From Phycisphaerales bacterium (GTDB taxonomy: Bacteria; Planctomycetota; Phycisphaerae; UBA1845; PWPN01): 64,000 nt of DNA. The notes beneath the pieces were generated by a model. It was given only the letters and a program-made list of their open reading frames with translations, searched no databases and was not told the DNA's origin. The translations under genes and the position numbers were made by a program. Positions 1 through 6,771 of the stretch are shown here, piece by piece. Position 1 is the stretch's first letter; each line of letters starts with the position of its first letter. The stretch covers positions 3,591 through 67,590 of the forward strand of contig JAAYCU010000282.1 of NCBI GenBank assembly GCA_012729595.1, given 5' to 3'.

Positions 1-207
1 GAGCACCCCTATATGGACAAATGGTGGGTTCCGGGTTGCACCATCGGCTATGAACACACATTCATCAACGCCCTGGCCGACTTTTTCACGGGCCTGGAGA
101 CGGGCAAACCCGCCCAGCCGGATTTCCGTTGCGGACTACGGACCCAGAAAGTCTGCGATGCCGTGCTGGAAAGTGCCCGCACGGGCAAGTGGATCGACAT
201 CGCTTAA
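1..207 (+). CDS. Gfo/Idh/MocA family oxidoreductase, C-terminal fragment (5' end outside window)
   Basis: Frame 1 is open from base 1. The tail [22 protein letters not shown]...[16 protein letters not shown] resembles the C-terminal domain of Gfo/Idh/MocA enzymes. Confidence 0.6.
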   Translation, partial: EHPYMDKWWVPGCTIGYEHTFINALADFFTGLETGKPAQPDFRCGLRTQKVCDAVLESARTGKWIDIA

Positions 208-245
208 CTGACTTGATCAATGTTTTAACTTAAAGGAGCCTTGCG

Positions 246-1064
246 ATGAAACTGAATGGAATTGTAATCACCGTTGCGGCCGCGGCCCTGCTGGGTGTTT
301 CGCTGCTCTGTTCCGCGGACAAGCCGAAAGACGGGAAAAAGAAAATCCTCTTATATTCCGAGTCCTTAGGTTTCCGGCATAGCGTGGTCGCGCGGCCGTT
401 GAGCGGCGAGATGGCCCATGCCGAGAAAGTTTTCAAGGAAATGTGCGACAAGGCCGGCTATGAAGTGCATTTTTCGCAGAGCTTCCATGACCTCAAGGAC
501 ATCAAACAATTCGAGAACTACGACGCCATCGTTTTCTATACGTCGGGCAACCCGGAAATCAATAGGCAGGCCATGCTCGACTGGCTTAAGGCGGGCGGTG
601 CCTTCATCGGCGTGCACGCGACCACCGATTCCTATCGCAAGGATGCGGAGACAGCCAGCGGGGGCAAGTCCACCGGCTGGCCCGAGTATATCGAGATCAT
701 CGGGGGAGCTTTCAGCGGCCACGGGAAGCAGGACCCCAATGGCGTGACCATCAAGATAGAAGATCGGGAGCATCCCGCCACCAGAATGCTTGGTGAAGAA
801 TGGATCGTAGTCGACGAGATCTACCATCACGACCGTATCTTCCGTGACAAAATTCACGTGCTGATGAGCGTCGACACTAAAAAGACCAACCTGGAGCCGC
901 AGGGCATGAAGCCCGACGGCGATTATCCCCTGGCCTGGACTAACACTTATGGTCAAGGGCGGGTCTTTTACACTGCCATGGGCCATCGCGAGGACATGTG
1001 GACCAACCCGACGTTCCAGGAGCACTTGCTTGGCGGCATCGCATGGGCCCTTGGCAAAAAGTAG
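246..1064 (+). CDS. ThuA domain-containing protein (secreted/lipoprotein-like)
   Basis: AAGGAG RBS lies before the ATG and there is an N-terminal signal-like segment. KKILLYSESLGFRHS, GGAFIGVHATTDS and VFYTAMGHREDMW are typical ThuA-like features. Confidence 0.75.
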   Translation: MKLNGIVITVAAAALLGVSLLCSADKPKDGKKKILLYSESLGFRHSVVARPLSGEMAHAEKVFKEMCDKAGYEVHFSQSFHDLKDIKQFENYDAIVFYTSGNPEINRQAMLDWLKAGGAFIGVHATTDSYRKDAETASGGKSTGWPEYIEIIGGAFSGHGKQDPNGVTIKIEDREHPATRMLGEEWIVVDEIYHHDRIFRDKIHVLMSVDTKKTNLEPQGMKPDGDYPLAWTNTYGQGRVFYTAMGHREDMWTNPTFQEHLLGGIAWALGKK

Positions 1065-1171
1065 CTGTCATCGCCCAGTAATCGCGATTCGACCATCCGC
1101 ATGAGACTCTGTGGTGAATAGCCGGCGCAAAACGATGCAAAGGCGCACGGCGGTTTTGGCATGGCGGTACT

Positions 1172-2320
1172 ATGATAAATATTTTATGGAAAGCGATGCT
1201 GGTCGCGATCTTTGTTTCCGCAGCGATCTGGTGGTCCGGCTCCACAACCAGTCAGGCGGAGAAAACGGCTACGGACCCCGCACCCCCCCCACCGGCCGAG
1301 CGTCTGCCCTTGCTCGGTCCGGATGATTTTTATAGCGGGTTAGCCTGGCAAATTCATCGCAGCGACAACTGCGTCGAGCAAACCCGCCGCATGCTCAAAG
1401 AAATCGCCGATCTCGGCGCCGACTCCGTCCTGATCAGCAACGCGGGTTATCAGGAACATGCGGGTTCCGACTCCTTTCAGATCAACCCGGCCGTCACGCC
1501 TTCGCCCGAGGAGTGGCGAGAAATCATTCAAATCGCCCACGACAACGGCCTGCGGGTCATCCTCATGCCGATCATCCTGCTGTCCAATCCCCGGGGCAGC
1601 GAGTGGCGCGGAGTCATCAAACCGCCCAACTGGGACGACTGGTTCGAGCAATATCGCCGTTTTCTCCGCCATTTCGCGGAGATCGCCGAGGCCAATCGGG
1701 TCGAGGTTTTCATGGTTGGTTCCGAACTGGTTAGTACGGAAAAATACGCCGATCGCTGGCGCGAGGTCATCCGCGAGATTCGCCGGGTCTACAGCGGACG
1801 GCTCGGCTATTCAGCCAATTGGGACCATTACAAGGTCATCGATTTCTGGGACGATCTCGATCTGGTCGGCATGACCAGTTATTACAAGCTTTCCAATGAC
1901 CCCAATCCATCCCTGGAAACTCTGCTCAAGGCCTGGCAACCGATTCAGAAGGGCCTGCTTCGCTGGCGAGAAAAGATCGGCAAGCCACTACTGTTTACCG
2001 AGGTCGGCTGGTGCAGCCAGGAAGGCGCTTCGATCGAGGCCTGGAACTACTACCACAAGCAGAAGGCCACGAAAAAAGGCCACGAGGAACAGCGCCGCTG
2101 CTATCGCGCGTTCATGGATACGTGGGCGGATGTTCTTTGGAACGATCCACCGGTGGTCGGCGGGGTAATCTGGTGGGAATGGACCGACACGCCCGGCGGC
2201 CCGGACGACTACAACTACACGCCCAAGAACAAGCCGGCCGAGCTGGAACTGCGCGACTGGTTCAAGAGGGTTCGTGATACACGGCGTTCCTCGACGACCG
2301 GAACGGCCGGGCCTCGTTGA
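1172..2320 (+). CDS. Putative TIM-barrel glycoside hydrolase (GH5/GH113-like), secreted
   Basis: 382-aa ORF with an N-terminal TM/signal segment. VEVFMVGSELVSTE and LLFTEVGW look like the acid/base and nucleophile Glu strands of clan GH-A enzymes. The family assignment is tentative. Confidence 0.45.
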   Translation: MINILWKAMLVAIFVSAAIWWSGSTTSQAEKTATDPAPPPPAERLPLLGPDDFYSGLAWQIHRSDNCVEQTRRMLKEIADLGADSVLISNAGYQEHAGSDSFQINPAVTPSPEEWREIIQIAHDNGLRVILMPIILLSNPRGSEWRGVIKPPNWDDWFEQYRRFLRHFAEIAEANRVEVFMVGSELVSTEKYADRWREVIREIRRVYSGRLGYSANWDHYKVIDFWDDLDLVGMTSYYKLSNDPNPSLETLLKAWQPIQKGLLRWREKIGKPLLFTEVGWCSQEGASIEAWNYYHKQKATKKGHEEQRRCYRAFMDTWADVLWNDPPVVGGVIWWEWTDTPGGPDDYNYTPKNKPAELELRDWFKRVRDTRRSSTTGTAGPR

Positions 2321-2365
2321 TGGTATGACGATTCTTCCGGGGACAGTTTCACGCAAGGTTAAGTC

Positions 2366-2517
2366 GAAACCCTTGCTTGCCTGCCACAGCCCGCCCAGGC
2401 GAGGCGAGCGAGGTAAACCGCTGCGGGCTGGCATTGGAATCCTTGCTAGAGGGCTGGCGGGCTGGTATCGGAACCCTTGCTCGCCCGCCACGGCGGGTAA
2501 ACTGCTGCGGGCTGGTA
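2366..2517. repeat. Three degenerate tandem GC-rich repeat units in an intergenic spacer
   Basis: CCTTGCT occurs at about 2371, 2441 and 2475. Each copy is followed by a C(T/G)GCGGGCTGG core (about 2421, 2456, 2505). There are internal hairpins, e.g. CAGCCCGC(2387)/GCGGGCTG(2423). Confidence 0.5.
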
Positions 2518-2629
2518 GAATGTTTGTATAATAACGATTTGGGCGGATACCCAGGACGGTTTTCAAAAAAGCGCGGCCGTTGGATGGCGTATCCGTTGAT
2601 GATCCGTCTCTTTTTGAAAGGAAATACCC

Positions 2630-3526
2630 ATGCCTCGTCATTGTTTTTTGCTGATTCTGGCCGTCGGTTGCCTGACCTGTCTAACCGGGGTGGATTGCCT
2701 GCCGGTTAACCCCGATAACGGAGATGCCTTGCCGGATAACGGCGACGACGCGCCGTCCAAACCACTCGTGGTCAACGTGCAAATCGACGCCGAACTTGAG
2801 GATATCAGCGGACTGGCCCGGGTAACCAATGAGTTGCTGGCCCGCGACATTACCGCGACCATTTACGTTACCGCTGATTACGCCAACGATCACGCCATGA
2901 AGATCCGGGAACTCTTCCAATCTGGTTTTGAGATTGCTCTACACGGCAAGACCTCCGGCGAGCAGTTGGCCACCATGACCTACGAGGAACAGCTTACCTT
3001 GCTGACCAACGCCAAGCAGGCGGTGGAAGGCTGCCAGCCCTGCGGGACGTATGTGCCGGTCAGCGGCTTTCGTCCGCAGTATTTCAGCCACAACGAGGAC
3101 ACCTTTGCGATTCTAGACGCGCTGGGCTTCACCTATAACAGCGGATTCAAGGCGGGAATGATCCCCCTCGAAGGCTACGAGAACGCGATGGTTCCCTTTG
3201 CCATCGAAGGCCATGACTTTTACGGCGTGCCCATCAGCGTGGTCGACGGTACTTATCTTTGCGACATGGCCTGCCTGATGGCCGAGGAGATGACCGGCGA
3301 GCAGTTTGGCGAGCTCCTGCAAGCGGGGGTCGAGCAGGCGGGCGAGCGCGACGAACCGCTGGTGGTCCTGCTGCACGGGTGGCTGGTCGGTGACGAGGAG
3401 AAATACGGTTACTGGCAGCCCTTTATCGATATGCTCGATACATTGACCGAAAGCGGGTCCACTTTCGTGACCACGCAGGAATTGGTGGAATTGTACCAGG
3501 GCGAGGGCCCGGCCGAAGGGCAATAA
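2630..3526 (+). CDS. Polysaccharide deacetylase-like protein (lipoprotein signal)
   Basis: RBS AAAGGA precedes the start, and the signal peptide has a Cys (LAVGCLTC). ATIYVTADYANDH...FEIALHG and VVLLHGW resemble NodB/deacetylase-fold proteins. The call is tentative. Confidence 0.45.
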   Translation: MPRHCFLLILAVGCLTCLTGVDCLPVNPDNGDALPDNGDDAPSKPLVVNVQIDAELEDISGLARVTNELLARDITATIYVTADYANDHAMKIRELFQSGFEIALHGKTSGEQLATMTYEEQLTLLTNAKQAVEGCQPCGTYVPVSGFRPQYFSHNEDTFAILDALGFTYNSGFKAGMIPLEGYENAMVPFAIEGHDFYGVPISVVDGTYLCDMACLMAEEMTGEQFGELLQAGVEQAGERDEPLVVLLHGWLVGDEEKYGYWQPFIDMLDTLTESGSTFVTTQELVELYQGEGPAEGQ

Positions 3527-3586
3527 TACGCCGAGGCGCGGCCTGTCGCTTGGCTCTTGCCGACTCGACATACGGGAGGATTCGCG

Positions 3587-5083
3587 ATGGCCGACCGAAA
3601 GACTTTGCTTCCCGCGGTTCGGGAATTTCTGGATCAGCGGCCGGTGCGGATGTTCATCGGCGGCCGTTGGGCCGAAGCTCAGGCCAAGGGCACTTTTCCC
3701 AGCGTCGATCCCGGCGACGGGGAGGTGCTGGCCACCGTTACCGAAGGACGTGCCGCCGATGTCGACCGGGCGGTATCCGCCGCCCGCGAGGCTTTCCGCA
3801 AAAGCGGTTGGTCCGACCTGACGGTCAAGGAACGGGCGGTTTTCCTGCACCGTCTGGCCGACCTGGTGGACAAGCATCGGGCGGAACTGGCTCAACTGGA
3901 GTCGCTGGACGTGGGCAAACCGCTGGCCCAGGCCGAGGGCGGCGATGTGCCCGATCTGGCCCATTCCTTGCGTTGGTACGCCGATTTCGCGGTGCATACC
4001 CGGCTGCGCGAGCCGATCCCGGTCTCGGGTTTCGAGGCCTGGCAGGTGCGTTTCCCTTACGGAGTGGCCGCCTTCGTTCTGCCGTGGAATTTCCCGCTGC
4101 TGCTGGTGGGGTGGAACATCTCGCCGGCCTTGGCCGCCGGTAACACGGTGGTCGTCAAGCCGGCCGAGGATACGCCCCTTAGCACTTTATACTTCTGCAA
4201 GCTGGTTCAGGAGGCGGACTTTCCGCCGGGGGTGGTCAACGTAGTCGCCGGCTACGGCGAAACCGCCGGGGCCGCCCTGTCCGCCCATCCGGGGATCAAC
4301 CGCATGGGGTTCACCGGCTCGCCCGAGGTCGGCCGTCTGGTCGCCTCGGCCTGCGGCAAGAACCTCGTGCCGGTCAAGCTCGAACTCGGCGGCAAGGGGG
4401 CGGCGGTGGTCTTCGACGATGTCGATCCCGCCCAGGTGGCCGAGCAGCTTGTAGCGGCCGTAACCGTGAATACCGGGCAAGTCTGCTGCACGGCGACCCG
4501 CTGGCTAATCCATGAAAAAGTCTGGGATTCGTTCCTGGCCGTCGCCAACGAGAGGATGCAGTCGATCCGTATCGGGCACGGACTCGATCCGGCAACGATG
4601 ATGGGGCCGGCGGTCAGCGAGAAACAGCGGCAACGCATTCTCGGCTATTTGGAGCAGGGACAGGCCGAAGGTGCCCAGGCTTTGCTGCCCGGCGGCGAGG
4701 CCAAGGTCGCCGGGCACCCCAATGGCTTCTACGTCAAGCCGGCCATGCTCACCGGCGAACCGGACAACATCTGCGCCCGCGATGAAATCTTCGGACCGGT
4801 GGCGTTCCTCATGCGATTCAAGGCCGAGGATGAGGCCGTCGAGCTGGTCAACCGCTCGAATTACGGCCTGGCCAACAGCGTGTGGTCCGCCGACCTGGCC
4901 CGGGCCAACCGGATCGCCGAACGACTTGTCGCCGGCAACAGTTGGATCAACGGGCACAATCTCTTCCCCCATGGCGTACCTTACGCCGGATGCAACCTTT
5001 CCGGCTGTGGCGGCGGGGTACTCGGGCCGGAAACGTATTTCGACTACCTTCGCCAGCAATCCATCGTACGGCCGTTGGGATAA
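3587..5083 (+). CDS. NAD(P)+-dependent aldehyde dehydrogenase
   Basis: ATG at 3587 follows a GGGAGGA RBS (the track ORF begins at an upstream TTG). ALDH motifs are present: PWNFPLL, VKLELGGKG, FVNTGQVCCTATR, EIFGPV. Confidence 0.9.
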   Translation: MADRKTLLPAVREFLDQRPVRMFIGGRWAEAQAKGTFPSVDPGDGEVLATVTEGRAADVDRAVSAAREAFRKSGWSDLTVKERAVFLHRLADLVDKHRAELAQLESLDVGKPLAQAEGGDVPDLAHSLRWYADFAVHTRLREPIPVSGFEAWQVRFPYGVAAFVLPWNFPLLLVGWNISPALAAGNTVVVKPAEDTPLSTLYFCKLVQEADFPPGVVNVVAGYGETAGAALSAHPGINRMGFTGSPEVGRLVASACGKNLVPVKLELGGKGAAVVFDDVDPAQVAEQLVAAVTVNTGQVCCTATRWLIHEKVWDSFLAVANERMQSIRIGHGLDPATMMGPAVSEKQRQRILGYLEQGQAEGAQALLPGGEAKVAGHPNGFYVKPAMLTGEPDNICARDEIFGPVAFLMRFKAEDEAVELVNRSNYGLANSVWSADLARANRIAERLVAGNSWINGHNLFPHGVPYAGCNLSGCGGGVLGPETYFDYLRQQSIVRPLG

Positions 5084-5144
5084 TCGACGGATAGTAGTTT
5101 TCGAATGGTCGATTCGTTACAATGAATGTAAAGGAACATCCGTG

Positions 5145-5423
5145 ATGACCATGCCATTATCACAAGTCGTGCATCCGTACGTGAAACAGCAACCTGACTT
5201 GGCGGGCGGTGCGCCCGTGGTCGCGGGTACCAAGTTTCCGGTCCGCTCCGTCGTGCAATACGTTCTGCGGCAAGGAATGACCCCGGAGGAATTGGTCCGG
5301 GAGTTCCCCCAGTTGACCTTGACCAAAATCTATGACGCCCTGAGCTATTATTACGACCATCAGGAGTCTATCGATCGGGAGATGGAAGATAATACAGAAT
5401 CGAATTGGCGCAGTAGAGCCTGA
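5145..5423 (+). CDS. DUF433 domain protein (antitoxin-like)
   Basis: Only the last ~93 codons of track ORF 4671..5423 are free of the ALDH gene. PDLAGGAPVVAGTKFPVRSVVQYV..GMTPEELVREFPQLTLTKIYDALSYY is the DUF433 pattern. Confidence 0.7.
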   Translation: MTMPLSQVVHPYVKQQPDLAGGAPVVAGTKFPVRSVVQYVLRQGMTPEELVREFPQLTLTKIYDALSYYYDHQESIDREMEDNTESNWRSRA

Positions 5424-5453
5424 TGGGCAGTATACGGTTTTATCTGGACAAGC

Positions 5454-5615
5454 ATGATCGCGGAAAAACCTCCCATATTACGTTTTGAGGGGATCTCCAA
5501 GTTTTTCGCCGGGGTCACCGCCCTGAGAGGGGTGAGTTTCGATATACGGCCGGATATTGAGAGAGCTTATCATACACTTGGGCAGTGCGACTTCGAAATT
5601 CAGCGTCTTTCATGA
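5454..5615 (+). pseudogene. Remnant of an ABC transporter ATP-binding protein (N-terminal ~33 codons only)
   Basis: MIAEKPPILRFEGISKFFAGVTALRGVSFDIRP matches the N-terminus of sugar-type ABC ATPases just before Walker A. It then diverges and stops at 5613-5615. Confidence 0.5.
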
Positions 5616-5696
5616 GCTTTCTTGCGCATATTATGTGGGAATCCCATGCATACTCACAGTTTTTCTACTGGTTAATACGGAAGCTCACCTGGCAAG

Positions 5697-6461
5697 TCAG
5701 CGGTGGTCCTTTTCCACCGGTTGATTTGCCTTGCTCATTTGTTCATCTTCATCGAGCTGACGCGCTTTGCCAAGCGCGGAGGCGACAAGCCCGGCGGGGA
5801 CGGAGATGACCCCCAGGCCGATCAGCAGAATGAAGAAGGTGAACAATTTTCCGCCAACGGTTATTGGAAATACATCGCCATATCCGACGGTGGTCAAGGT
5901 GGCCACCGCCCACCACAGGCAATGAAACACGGAGCCGAAACTTTCCGGCTGCGCGTCGCTCTCGAAGTAATAAATGCCGACCGCCGCCAGATACAACAGG
6001 ATCAGCGTTGCGCATAAAAAGAGAATGATTTCCTCCTTGGCGATATTGACCGCCAGGTGGAAACGGCGCATCGCGGCGCTGTAGCGGGCGAATTTGAAGA
6101 TGCGAAACAGCCGCAGCAGGCGGAAGGTCCGAATCGAGCGTAGATCGATTTCCAAGCCGATATAGAACGGAAGAATGGCGAGAAGGTCAACAATCCCGAA
6201 GAAGCTGAATATGTATGATAGCCGCGGTCGGGCGACATAAATCCGTAGAAGATACTCGACCGTAAAAAGAACGACGCTAAAAGTTTCGAACCGACCGAGC
6301 CACGCACGCGACGCTTCGGACAGATGCGGGGTGGTTTCGAGAGAAAACGAAAGCAAGGAGAGAACAATCAGTGCCTGGATGAACAAATCGAAGGCGCGGC
6401 CTAGCCTGGTATCATGCTGCTCGATGACTTGCTTGAGGGTCGGCAACATAAAGTGTTTCAT
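5697..6461 (-). CDS. Voltage-gated potassium channel (6-TM Kv-type, ion transport protein family)
   Basis: Selectivity filter TLTTVGYGDV. S4 has a basic residue every third position (RSIRTFRLLRLFRIFKFAR). Six hydrophobic segments. Confidence 0.85.
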   Translation of the reverse strand: MKHFMLPTLKQVIEQHDTRLGRAFDLFIQALIVLSLLSFSLETTPHLSEASRAWLGRFETFSVVLFTVEYLLRIYVARPRLSYIFSFFGIVDLLAILPFYIGLEIDLRSIRTFRLLRLFRIFKFARYSAAMRRFHLAVNIAKEEIILFLCATLILLYLAAVGIYYFESDAQPESFGSVFHCLWWAVATLTTVGYGDVFPITVGGKLFTFFILLIGLGVISVPAGLVASALGKARQLDEDEQMSKANQPVEKDHR

Positions 6462-6694
6462 TCCCTCGTACTATCCTCAAAGGTGAACTCGACTCTTTCG
6501 GTACGGTTTATTCGCATATCTCCCTGCAGCAGAAGATTAAGCGGAATGAATATACCAGACAATAGACGAAAGGTGAGAATCCGTAAGGTCACGTCCATAT
6601 TATTCTGCCGTGATACTCCTGAGCCATCCGGCGGGAGCAGAATACGATCGCATTCGTCGATTAGAGGATCATGCCATGCAATCTGGGAATCCAT
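6458..6694 (-). CDS. Hypothetical small protein, possibly translationally coupled to the K+ channel gene
   Basis: The ORF's stop overlaps the channel ATG (ATGA). I recognise no family, and it sits in a relatively AT-rich spacer. Confidence 0.25.
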   Translation of the reverse strand: MDSQIAWHDPLIDECDRILLPPDGSGVSRQNNMDVTLRILTFRLLSGIFIPLNLLLQGDMRINRTERVEFTFEDSTRE

Positions 6695-6771
6695 TCCCAA
6701 ACTGCAAGGGATCGCCCCATTTACTAATGCGGAACTATTTGTCTACCCTAAACCGCTCTGTACTACCTGGT

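Noticed and set aside
4671-5144. N-terminal 158 codons of track ORF 4671..5423
   Set aside because: This part lies out of frame inside the aldehyde dehydrogenase gene and is Pro/Ser/Arg-rich. Only the DUF433 portion from 5145 is credible.
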